Position numbers and translations under genes: made by a program. Under the pieces are notes generated by a model that was given only the letters and a program-made list of their open reading frames with translations, was not told the origin of the DNA and ran no database searches. From Pseudomonadota bacterium (GTDB taxonomy: Bacteria; Pseudomonadota; Gammaproteobacteria; Burkholderiales; SG8-39): DNA of 64,000 bases. Numbering within the stretch: position 1 is the first letter of the stretch; every line of letters begins with the position of its first letter. Below, in pieces: positions 1 to 7,905 of this stretch. The stretch is taken from NCBI GenBank assembly GCA_038040245.1, contig JBBPIU010000002.1, forward strand, positions 2,651-66,650, written 5' to 3'.

Positions 1-30
1 GAAGGATTAGAACTGCGCAGTACGTGGGAA

Positions 31-75
31 CGGGTGGTGTAGGTAGTACCCGGTCGCTCCGGCCTACACCACCCG
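31..75. other. Compound stem-loop: 13-bp perfect outer stem, inner 4-bp CCGG/CCGG stem and 5-nt loop. Function unknown.
   Basis: cGGGTGGTGTAGG (31-43) is the exact reverse complement of CCTACACCACCCg (63-75). Inner CCGG 50-53 pairs with 59-62. No T-run on either strand. Confidence 0.6.
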
Positions 76-117
76 CCACGATTTGATAGTACGCTAGCCA
101 TGGGGAGGGGATGAACC

Positions 118-468
118 ATGGCGATGACGCCCGACGAAGCGGGATATGTACAGGCACTTGAGGCGAAGGTACTTGAGCTTGAGGCGCAGATAGCCAATCT
201 TGAGGTTGAGATAAAGCGCCTTCGTCAGGAAAAGGGCCTTCCCTCGGGTGTACGCGAGGGCCTGACGTTCGACAATCGAACGGGCACGCACGTAGATGGC
301 TCTAAGAAGCATTTCTGTACCGTCTGCTTGAATCAAGACAAGCGGTGGGAACTGCGCGTAGAACCGCACGGTTTCCGCTGCATGATCTGCAAGAAGTACT
401 ACCCGGACCCGGACAGGCCAGAACGCTACGACGGTGGCGGTGATTCGGACTCTTGGTTGGCCCGCTAG
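118..468 (+). CDS. Hypothetical protein with an N-terminal heptad coiled coil and a C-terminal CxxC...CxxC zinc-ribbon-like motif
   Basis: ORF preceded by GGGGAGGGG. Leu/Val/Ile heptads in VQALEAKVLELEAQIANLEVEIKRLRQEK. CTVC and CMIC pairs. Many A/T-ending codons (gta, ctt, ata, gtt), unlike the neighbouring genes. Confidence 0.5.
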   Translation: MAMTPDEAGYVQALEAKVLELEAQIANLEVEIKRLRQEKGLPSGVREGLTFDNRTGTHVDGSKKHFCTVCLNQDKRWELRVEPHGFRCMICKKYYPDPDRPERYDGGGDSDSWLAR

Positions 469-564
469 CGATGAACAGAACGGGGCTACTCATCCCGCCC
501 CTTCCCGCTTCGTCCCGGATAGCCCCGCTTCTGGCTTGGGTACGGCAACTCCCATATCGCCTTT

Positions 565-1260
565 TTATTCCGGCTCCGGGACCCCGGTTTCCTCCCGCCT
601 GGTTTCGTCCCGCCGGTCCCGGAGCCAGCCCTCCAGCAGAGCGCGCGCCTCGATCACACCCTCGGCGCTTTTGCTCGAGAACAGCATCACTTCGGATGTC
701 ATGGCTGCGTTGTCGAGCGCCGTCCGGGTACTGGCCAGCGTTGTCGCACGCTCGGCCCGCGACAGCTTGTCCGATTTCGACAGCAGCACCAGGCGCGAGG
801 CTTGGACCGGTCGCAGCCATTCCAGAAAATGGCGGTCGTTGGCCGTGAGCGGATGGCGCGCGTCCATCAGCACCACCACGGCGCCAAGGCTGCGGCGCCC
901 GGTCAGGTAGCCGCCGATCAGGGCATCCCAGCTGGCGCGCAGGGACTGCGGGGCGGTGGCATAGCCGTACCCCGGGAGGTCCGCCAGCCGGGCCCGCTCG
1001 CCGAGGTCATAGAAATTGATCGTCTGGGTACGGCCGGGGGTTTTGCTGAAAAAGGCCAGTCGTTTGCGGCTGGCAAGGGCGTTGATCGCGCTTGATTTGC
1101 CGACGTTCGAGCGTCCCGCGAAGGCGAGTTCGGGCCCGGCCTCGGGCGGGAAATCCTGGGGCTTGGCGGCCGAGGTGAGGAAACGCGCTTGCAGGAATGC
1201 GGACAAGGGACCGATGGTATGCCGAAACACGGAAATTCTAATAAAATCGCGGCTTTCCAC
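565..1260 (-). CDS. engB: Ribosome-biogenesis GTPase EngB/YihA
   Basis: P-loop AFAGRSNVGKSSAINAL, DLPGYGYA and LLSKSDK G-motifs. Start uncertain: an AT-rich promoter-like stretch at 1231-1250 lies inside the annotated N-terminus. Confidence 0.85.
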   Translation of the reverse strand: MESRDFIRISVFRHTIGPLSAFLQARFLTSAAKPQDFPPEAGPELAFAGRSNVGKSSAINALASRKRLAFFSKTPGRTQTINFYDLGERARLADLPGYGYATAPQSLRASWDALIGGYLTGRRSLGAVVVLMDARHPLTANDRHFLEWLRPVQASRLVLLSKSDKLSRAERATTLASTRTALDNAAMTSEVMLFSSKSAEGVIEARALLEGWLRDRRDETRREETGVPEPE

Positions 1261-1283
1261 GGCAACATTCAGGGAGCTGCCGC

Positions 1284-1922
1284 ATGATTCGACAGTTGGC
1301 GTACGCCGCCAGCGCCGCCGCGTTGTTGTGGGTTGGATCGGCTGCGGCCCAAGCCCCCGCCAAGCCCGATGCCGCCAAGGGCCAGGGTATCGCCTCCCAG
1401 GTTTGCGCCGCCTGCCATGCCGCCGACGGCAACAGCCCTGCGGCCGCGAACCCCAAGCTCGCGGGTCAGTTCTACGACTACCTGCACAAGCAGCTCGTCA
1501 ATTTCAAGCCGCAGGCCGGCAACAAGGTGGCGCGCGACAACGCGGTGATGGCGGCCATGGTGGCGAATCTTTCGGCAGCCGACATGCAGAACGTCGCGGC
1601 CTACTACGCCTCGCAGAAGCTCAAGCCCGCGGCGGCGAAGGACAAGGAACTCGCCGCGCTGGGGCAGAAAATCTTTCGCGGTGGCAATGCCGCCACCGGG
1701 GTGGCGGCCTGTGCCGGCTGCCACGGGCCCTCCGGCGCGGGCATCCCCGCGCAGTACCCGCGCATTTCCGGACAGTTCGCCGAATACGTCGAAGCGCAGC
1801 TGAAAGCGTTCCGCGCGGGCACGCGCGCAAACGATCCGAACGGCATGATGCGCGGCGTCGCGGTGCGCATGAGCGACCGGGAGATCCAGGCGGTTGCAGA
1901 GTATGTCGCCGGCCTGCGCTGA
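1284..1922 (+). CDS. Diheme cytochrome c4
   Basis: Signal peptide, two CxxCH motifs (CAACH, CAGCH), and the classic divergent position next to engB. Confidence 0.85.
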   Translation: MIRQLAYAASAAALLWVGSAAAQAPAKPDAAKGQGIASQVCAACHAADGNSPAAANPKLAGQFYDYLHKQLVNFKPQAGNKVARDNAVMAAMVANLSAADMQNVAAYYASQKLKPAAAKDKELAALGQKIFRGGNAATGVAACAGCHGPSGAGIPAQYPRISGQFAEYVEAQLKAFRAGTRANDPNGMMRGVAVRMSDREIQAVAEYVAGLR

Positions 1923-2030
1923 CCCCTTTTGGGTGGCCGGAATAATCTGCCCGCGCGGGCTGTTAACTCAAAATGTAGCGGCTGTAGCTGCATGCATGAG
2001 CGCGTCCCTGCCAACTTCTAGGAGAATGGA

Positions 2031-2489
2031 ATGAAAAAGAGCTTCTTGGTGACTGGCGTGGTCCTCGCGCTGGGAGTGGGCATTGCGGCGAGCGCTATGG
2101 CGCAGGTGAAACCCGACGTCCTGGTGGCACAGCGCCAGGCCGCGATGAAGTTGCAGGGCAAATACTTCGGCCCGATCGGCGCCATGATGAAGGGCGCGGT
2201 TCCATACAACGCGGACATCGTTGCTCGCAACGCGACGTTCCTGGAGAACCTTTCGCGCATGGCTTGGGACGGCTTTGACCCGAGCACCTCGGGCGAAAAG
2301 AGCAAAGCCAAGCCCGAGATCTACAAGGACATGGCCAAGTTCAGGGCAGCGGCCGACACCTTCGAAGCCGAGGCGTCCAAGCTCGGTGCCGTTGCGCGCG
2401 CCAGGGACGAGGCGGGCGTGAGAGCCACGTTCGGCGGCGTCGCGAAGGCCTGCGGCAGTTGCCACGACGCCTTCCGCGAGAAGCAATAG
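2031..2489 (+). CDS. Cytochrome c' (class II cytochrome c)
   Basis: Signal peptide, ~150 aa, a single CGSCH heme motif at the extreme C-terminus, and GGAGAA RBS. Confidence 0.8.
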   Translation: MKKSFLVTGVVLALGVGIAASAMAQVKPDVLVAQRQAAMKLQGKYFGPIGAMMKGAVPYNADIVARNATFLENLSRMAWDGFDPSTSGEKSKAKPEIYKDMAKFRAAADTFEAEASKLGAVARARDEAGVRATFGGVAKACGSCHDAFREKQ

Positions 2490-2527
2490 CGCGTTCTCCG
2501 AACGTGCGCGCATCGGTGGGTACGCTG

Positions 2528-3388
2528 ATGCACGCATGGCGCTCCGTTGCGCTCGTCATGCTGCTTGCAGCGGTTCACGGCGGCGCCTCCGCACAGGGCG
2601 ATGCGAAGCGCGGCGCGTACCTCGTTAAAGCGGGGGGCTGCGTCGGCTGCCACACGGAGGCGAAGAAGGATGCGACGCCCTATGCGGGCGGCCGCGCGCT
2701 GAAGACCCCGTTCGGAACGTTCTACGGACCGAACATCACGCCGCACGTGAGCGCGGGTGTGGGGCGCTGGAGCGAAGCGGATTTCGTGCGCGCCTTGCGT
2801 CTGGGCCTGCGGCCCGATGGCGCGCATTACTTTCCGGCGTTTCCGTATCCGTCGTTCACGCGCATCACCGATTCCGACCTGCGCGACTTGTGGGCATACC
2901 TGCGCACGCTGCCGCCGAGCGCGCGCCCCAACCAGGCCCACGACCTGCGATTCCCGTTCGGCTGGCGCTTCCTCGTTGTGGCGTGGAAGTGGCTGTTCTT
3001 CTCGCCAGGAGCGTTTTTCGCTGACCCGAAGCGAACGCCGCTACTTGAGCGCGGCGCCTACCTCGTCGTGGCGCTCGGCCATTGCGGCGAATGCCATACC
3101 TCGCGCAACTTCCTCGGCGGGCCGAAGCGTGACCGGCCACTAGCAGGCGCGGCGAAGGGACCCGACGGCGATCGCATTCCGAACCTTACCCCGGCCAAGC
3201 TCAAGAAATGGAACGACGGCGAGTTGAAGAGTTTCCTTCAGACCGGGCTCACGCCGGACGGCGACGTCGCCGCCGAAACGATGGGCGAGGTCATCCGCAA
3301 CACCACCGGTGAACTGACGCCCGATGACCTTGCGGCGATGATCGCCTATCTGCGCTCGCTTCCCGCCATTGCCGACGAACCCGATTGA
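2528..3388 (+). CDS. Diheme c-type cytochrome, resembling the cytochrome subunit of dehydrogenases
   Basis: CVGCH and CGECH motifs. Start moved to ATG 2528 (MHAWRSVALVMLLAAV signal peptide), because the longer ORF overlaps the cytochrome c' gene. Confidence 0.75.
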   Translation: MHAWRSVALVMLLAAVHGGASAQGDAKRGAYLVKAGGCVGCHTEAKKDATPYAGGRALKTPFGTFYGPNITPHVSAGVGRWSEADFVRALRLGLRPDGAHYFPAFPYPSFTRITDSDLRDLWAYLRTLPPSARPNQAHDLRFPFGWRFLVVAWKWLFFSPGAFFADPKRTPLLERGAYLVVALGHCGECHTSRNFLGGPKRDRPLAGAAKGPDGDRIPNLTPAKLKKWNDGELKSFLQTGLTPDGDVAAETMGEVIRNTTGELTPDDLAAMIAYLRSLPAIADEPD

Positions 3389-3440
3389 ACGTCCCCGCCA
3401 CTGCTGACGGAATATCGGGGCAGGTAGACTGTTATTCCGA

Positions 3441-3944
3441 ATGAACGACGCCGAGAGCATTGTCGAGCTGATTCCGCGCCTGCGGCGTTACGCCCGCGCG
3501 CTCGCCGGTGACCGCGCGGCCGCCGACGACCTGGTGCAGGACACGCTCGAGCGCGCCTGGGCCAAGCTGCATCTCTACCGGCGCGGCACCGATCTCAGGG
3601 CGTGGCTGTTCACGGTTATGCACAACGTATACGTCAATCAGCGGCGGGCGGCGCGGCCCAGCATGCCGCTGGATGAAGAGATGCCCGAACTCGCGCAGCC
3701 GGCGCGCGAGACCGACACGCTGGTGCTGCGCGACCTGGATGCCGCCATCCGGCGCCTGCCGCCGGACCAGCGCGAAGTGCTGCTGCTGGTGGCGCTGGAA
3801 GAGATGAGCTACGCCGAGGCGGCGGGCAGCCTCGGGATCCCGATCGGCACCGTGATGTCGCGCTTGGCGCGCGCGAGAGAGAAGCTGCGCGCGATGCTCT
3901 CCGGGCTGCCGCCGGGCGGCAAGCAACTGAAGATCGTGAAATGA
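3441..3944 (+). CDS. ECF (sigma-70 family, group 4) RNA polymerase sigma factor
   Basis: Region 2 DLVQDTLERAW and region 4 SYAEAAGSLGIPIGTVMSRLARAREKL motifs. 167 aa. Confidence 0.9.
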   Translation: MNDAESIVELIPRLRRYARALAGDRAAADDLVQDTLERAWAKLHLYRRGTDLRAWLFTVMHNVYVNQRRAARPSMPLDEEMPELAQPARETDTLVLRDLDAAIRRLPPDQREVLLLVALEEMSYAEAAGSLGIPIGTVMSRLARAREKLRAMLSGLPPGGKQLKIVK

Positions 3945-3947
3945 GAA

Positions 3948-4622
3948 ATGGATAACGTGCCCCAGGACGATGCCGAGCTGAAAGCGCTTTCGCAGGCGCT
4001 GCACCAGCTCTACGACCCGGTCCTCGATGAACCGGTGCCCGAGCGGCTGCGCGCGCGCAACGTGAGCCACGCGCGCTGGCGCGCCGCGGCGATCGCGGCC
4101 GGTTGGGTCGCGCTCGGGCTTTGTGCCGGCGTCCTTGCAGGCTGGCAGCTCCATGCCTGGCGCGCCAGCGTGCCGCCGCAGGCGGAGGTGCCCGTTTTCG
4201 TGAAACGCGCTGCCATGGCGCACGCGACTTACTCGCCTGAGGTGCGCCATCCGGTGGAGGTCGGCGCCGACCAGGAGCAGCACCTGGTGGCATGGCTCTC
4301 CAAGCGCTTGGGGGCGCAGGTTCGCGCGCCCAGGCTGGAGGCGGTCGGATACAGCCTGGTGGGCGGCCGCCTGCTCCCCGGCGACAATGGTCCGGTAGCG
4401 CATTTCATGTATCAGACGGAGAAGGGGCGCCGCATCACGCTCTACGTGCGCACCGAAGCTGCGGAGAATCGCGAAACCGCGTTCCGCTATTCGGCCGAAG
4501 GCAACGTGAAAGTGTTTTACTGGATCGACCGCAAGCTCGGCTACGCGATTTCCTCATCCGACCTCGGCAAGGACGACCTGCTCAAGGTCGCCAACGCCGT
4601 CTATCAGCAGCTCAATCCCTAG
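3948..4622 (+). CDS. Single-pass membrane anti-sigma factor with an unusually short cytoplasmic N-terminus
   Basis: Starts 3 nt after the sigma stop. One TM helix (WRAAAIAAGWVALGLCAGVLAGW) and a periplasmic C-domain. Followed by TAG TAA TAG. Confidence 0.7.
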   Translation: MDNVPQDDAELKALSQALHQLYDPVLDEPVPERLRARNVSHARWRAAAIAAGWVALGLCAGVLAGWQLHAWRASVPPQAEVPVFVKRAAMAHATYSPEVRHPVEVGADQEQHLVAWLSKRLGAQVRAPRLEAVGYSLVGGRLLPGDNGPVAHFMYQTEKGRRITLYVRTEAAENRETAFRYSAEGNVKVFYWIDRKLGYAISSSDLGKDDLLKVANAVYQQLNP

Positions 4623-4639
4623 TAATAGCGGGTCGCAAA

Positions 4640-5536
4640 CTACAGGTCGTAGGCGCCGGCGACGCGGATGTCGAAGCGCCCGACGCGCTCGATCTCGGCG
4701 CTGATCAGGTCCCCGGGCTTAACCGGTCCGACTCCTTCCGGCGTGCCGGAGAAGATGAGGTCGCCGGGATACAGCGTGTAGAAGCTGGTTGCGTACTCGA
4801 TCAGGCGCTCGATGTTGTAGACGAGCCGCCTGGTGTTCGAGTTCTGGCGCAGCTCGCCGTTCACGCGCAGGGACAGGTCGAGATTGTTCGGGTCCGGGAT
4901 CTCGTCCTTCGTGACCAGCCACGGCCCGCATACGGCGTAGGTGTCGGGCGACTTGCGGAAGCACTGCAGCTCGGGGCCGCGGATGGTCATGTCCAGGCCG
5001 ATGGCGTAGCCGGCGACGTACTGCAGCGCGTCTTCCTTTTTCACGTGGTTGCACTGCCTGCCGATGATCACGGCAAGCTCGACCTCGTGGTCGTTGCGCC
5101 GTTCCGGAAAACGCAATCGGATTTCCTCGCCGGGGCCGATCAGGGCACTGGTCGCCTTCAGGAACAGGCCCCAGTCCCAGATGCCTTTCGACATGTCGCG
5201 CCCGTGCGCGATGCCCTGGTCCTTCCCGGCTTCGTCAATATGGGCCTGGTAGTTGATCGGCGCGTTGACGATCTTGGTCGGATTGGCGACCGGCGATTTG
5301 AGCTTCACCGTGGAAAGCTTACGCCGCGGCGCGCTTGCCGCGAGCGCCTTGGCGCGCTCCGCGACGCGCGCGAGGTTGAGTATCAGCGGATCGCCGAGCG
5401 CGATCGGCCAGCGCTGCGCCGGAATGACATCGAGCGCATCCGAGACGTCCAGCACGTCGTCGCCATCGACCAGGCCGAGCCGGTCGTCGCCACCGGCCTG
5501 CCAGGGCCGGTCCTCGACATAGCGGCAGAGCTTCAC
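4640..5536 (-). CDS. Fumarylacetoacetate hydrolase (FAH) family protein
   Basis: C-terminal FAH-fold motifs (HEVELAVIIG, GDLIFSGTPEGVG). GTG start at 5536 (VKLCRY...) overlaps the upstream stop as GTGA. The 572-aa ORF-track entry is an out-of-context extension. Confidence 0.8.
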   Translation of the reverse strand: MKLCRYVEDRPWQAGGDDRLGLVDGDDVLDVSDALDVIPAQRWPIALGDPLILNLARVAERAKALAASAPRRKLSTVKLKSPVANPTKIVNAPINYQAHIDEAGKDQGIAHGRDMSKGIWDWGLFLKATSALIGPGEEIRLRFPERRNDHEVELAVIIGRQCNHVKKEDALQYVAGYAIGLDMTIRGPELQCFRKSPDTYAVCGPWLVTKDEIPDPNNLDLSLRVNGELRQNSNTRRLVYNIERLIEYATSFYTLYPGDLIFSGTPEGVGPVKPGDLISAEIERVGRFDIRVAGAYDL

Positions 5537-6324
5537 GCGCGCGCGGTCGGGCGGATCAGGTAGCCGCCGGATTTCTCGTCGCGCTCGAGCGTGATGAGCT
5601 TTCTCTTTTCGGCCTCTTCGAGCAGATCGGAAAACGCCTTGAAGCCGTAGTAGGACTCGTTGAAGCCCGGATTGCGGCGCTTCAGGGCCTGCTTGATCAT
5701 CGAGCCCCAGATGCGCTCGCCCTCGCCGCGCTCGGTGATCAGCGCCTGCAGCGTCTCGATCACCAGGTCGAAGGCCTCGTGCTGCTTGTCGCTGCCCGCC
5801 GGGCTGGTTTCCTTGCGCTTCTTCGCAGCGCGCCGCTTCGATTCGTCCTCGCGCACCAGGTCGTCGTAATAGATGAACTCGTCGCAGTTGGCGATCAGCA
5901 GGTCGGAAGTCGAGTTCTTCACGCCGACGCCGATCACAAACTTGGCGTTCTCGCGCAGCTTGGACACCAGCGGGGAGAAGTCCGAATCCCCGCTGATAAT
6001 CACAAACGTATCGACGTGGCCCTTGGTGTAGCAGAGGTCGAGCGCATCCACCACCATGCGGATGTCGGCCGAGTTTTTGCCCGACTGGCGCAGGTGCGGG
6101 ATCTCGATCAGCTCGAACGAGGCCCCGTGCATGCCGGCCTTGAATTCCTTGTAGCGCTGCCAGTCGCAGTAGGCTTTCTTGACGACGATCGAGCCCTTCA
6201 GCAGCAAGCGCTCGAGCACGCGGTTGATGTCGAATTTCTCGTACTTTGCGTCTTGCACGCCGAGGGCGACGTTCTCGAAGTCGCAGAACAGCGCCATGTT
6301 GCGTGTTTCGTGGTTGGCGGCCAT
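5533..6324 (-). CDS. NYN (LabA-like) domain protein with a C-terminal OST-HTH/LOTUS domain
   Basis: NYN signature ALFCDFENV...ADIRMVVD...ISGDSDFSPLV. C-terminal WGSMIKQALKRRNPGFNESYYGFKAFSDLLEEA resembles OST-HTH. Confidence 0.8.
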   Translation of the reverse strand: MAANHETRNMALFCDFENVALGVQDAKYEKFDINRVLERLLLKGSIVVKKAYCDWQRYKEFKAGMHGASFELIEIPHLRQSGKNSADIRMVVDALDLCYTKGHVDTFVIISGDSDFSPLVSKLRENAKFVIGVGVKNSTSDLLIANCDEFIYYDDLVREDESKRRAAKKRKETSPAGSDKQHEAFDLVIETLQALITERGEGERIWGSMIKQALKRRNPGFNESYYGFKAFSDLLEEAEKRKLITLERDEKSGGYLIRPTARA

Positions 6325-6365
6325 GTTTCGATTCTCCGGTTCGCAGCGATGCTAGCATTCAACGC

Positions 6366-7904
6366 ATGAACGGCGCAGAAAGCCTCGCCCGTACGCTGGT
6401 CGCCTGCGGCCTCGATACCTGCTTCGCCAATCCCGGCACCTCCGAGATGCATTTCGTCTCGGCGCTCGACCGCGTCGAGGGCCTGCACTGCGTGCTGGGC
6501 CTCGCCGAGACTGTGGTTACCGGCGCCGCGGACGGTTTCGGGCGCATGGCGAAGCGGCCCGCCGCGACGCTGCTGCATTGCGCGCCGGGCCTCGCCAACG
6601 GCATCGCCAACCTGCACAACGCGAAACGCGCCTACACCCCTATCGTGAACATCGTCGGCGACCACGCGACCTACCATCGTCAATACGATTCGCCGCTGAC
6701 CGGCGATACCGTAGGCATCGCCAAGGGCGTATCGCGCTGGCTGCGGGTGTCGGCGTCGGCGATGGACGTGGCGGCCGACGGCGCGGCGGCAGTGCAGGCC
6801 TCGCTCACCGCGCCGGGCGGTATCGCCACGCTCGTGCTGCCGGCGGACACCGCCTGGAACCAGGGCTCGGGTCCCGCGGCGCCGCTTGCGGTACCCGCGC
6901 GCGCCAAGGTTCCCGCGGAGCGCGTGCGCGAGGCGGCGGTTGCTTTGCGCTCCGGCGCGCCGGCGATGCTGCTGCTCGCCGGAGTTGGGCTAAGCGAAGA
7001 GGGGCTCAAGGCCGCGCACCGGATCGCAGCGGCAACCGGCGCAAGGCTGAGCACGCCGACGCAGGTGTCGCGCATGGCTCGCGGCCGTGGCCGGCCATCG
7101 GTGGATCGCGTGCCCTACGTGGTGGATCGGGCCCTCGCGTACCTCGGCGGGCTGAAGCACATGGTCCTGTGCGGCTCGAAGCCACCAGTCGCGTTCTTCG
7201 CCTATCCCGGCAAGCTCAGCCTTACCGCGCCGCCCGACTGCGCGATCCATCCGCTGGCGACCGTGGAAGAAGACGTCATCGGCGCCCTGGAGATGCTCGC
7301 GGACGAACTCGGAGCGCCGCGCAAGCCGCCGATTGCTGAAGTCGCAAAGCCGGCAACGCAGCGCGGGCCGTTCCAGCCGGAGGCCTTCGGCCTCACGCTG
7401 GGCGCTTTGATGCCGGAGAACGCAGTGGTCTGCGAGGAAGGGGCGACCTCCGGCCGCGCGTTGTTTCCGGTTACCTGGGGTGCGGCGCCGCACGACTGGC
7501 TGCAATTGACGGGCGGCGCCATCGGCCACGGGCTGGCCTGCGCCGCAGGCGCTGCGGTGGCGGCGCGCGACCGCAAGATAATCGCACTGCAGTCCGACGG
7601 CGGTGCGATGTACCAGATTCAGGCGCTCTGGACCCAGGCGCGCGAGAAGCTGGATGTGGTGAACGTTATTTTCGCCAACCGGCGGTATGCGATTCTGCAA
7701 GGAGAACTCGCGGCGGTCGGCGCGACGCCCGGACCGGCGGCGAACCAGTTGTTCGACCTCACGCGCCCCGAACTGAATTTCGTGGCCATGGCGGCCGGCA
7801 TGGGGGTTGAGGGTGTCCGCGTGGAAAACCTCGAAGGGTTCGCGGACGCCTTCGGCGCCGCCTGCGGGCGGCGCGGGCCGTTCCTGATCGAATTCCTGAT
7901 CTAG
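6366..7904 (+). CDS. Thiamine-diphosphate-dependent enzyme, acetolactate-synthase-large-subunit-like
   Basis: N-terminal NGAESLARTLVACGLDTCFANPGTSEMHF and C-terminal GAIGHGL...LQSDGGAMY ThDP-binding motif. ATG at 6366. Confidence 0.8.
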   Translation: MNGAESLARTLVACGLDTCFANPGTSEMHFVSALDRVEGLHCVLGLAETVVTGAADGFGRMAKRPAATLLHCAPGLANGIANLHNAKRAYTPIVNIVGDHATYHRQYDSPLTGDTVGIAKGVSRWLRVSASAMDVAADGAAAVQASLTAPGGIATLVLPADTAWNQGSGPAAPLAVPARAKVPAERVREAAVALRSGAPAMLLLAGVGLSEEGLKAAHRIAAATGARLSTPTQVSRMARGRGRPSVDRVPYVVDRALAYLGGLKHMVLCGSKPPVAFFAYPGKLSLTAPPDCAIHPLATVEEDVIGALEMLADELGAPRKPPIAEVAKPATQRGPFQPEAFGLTLGALMPENAVVCEEGATSGRALFPVTWGAAPHDWLQLTGGAIGHGLACAAGAAVAARDRKIIALQSDGGAMYQIQALWTQAREKLDVVNVIFANRRYAILQGELAAVGATPGPAANQLFDLTRPELNFVAMAAGMGVEGVRVENLEGFADAFGAACGRRGPFLIEFLI

Positions 7905-7905
7905 G

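Noticed and set aside
1-117. The hairpin region as the 3' end of a tRNA or tmRNA gene, i.e. an integration target.
   Set aside because: There is no T-loop consensus (GTTCRANYC), no acceptor/CCA geometry and no cloverleaf on either strand.
1923-2030. A possible NO/oxygen-responsive operator (FNR/NsrR-like) upstream of cytochrome c': TGTAGC-N3-TGTAGC direct repeat, the TGCATGCA palindrome, and the GCCCGCGCGGGC palindrome.
   Set aside because: None matches a consensus I can state with confidence (for example TTGAT-N4-ATCAA). This would need motif scanning or comparative data.
3409-3440. A candidate autoregulated ECF promoter (GGAAT-N17-GTT) just upstream of the sigma gene.
   Set aside because: The match is short and the -10 element would sit only a few nt from the ATG. 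It cannot be told apart from chance without the group-specific ECF promoter model.
4640-6358. A 572-aa ORF that looks like one large gene.
   Set aside because: Only the C-terminal ~299 aa resemble an FAH-family protein. The upstream part is Arg-rich nonsense that overlaps the well-supported NYN/OST-HTH gene in another frame. A GTG start at 5536 fits the homologous MKL... N-termini.
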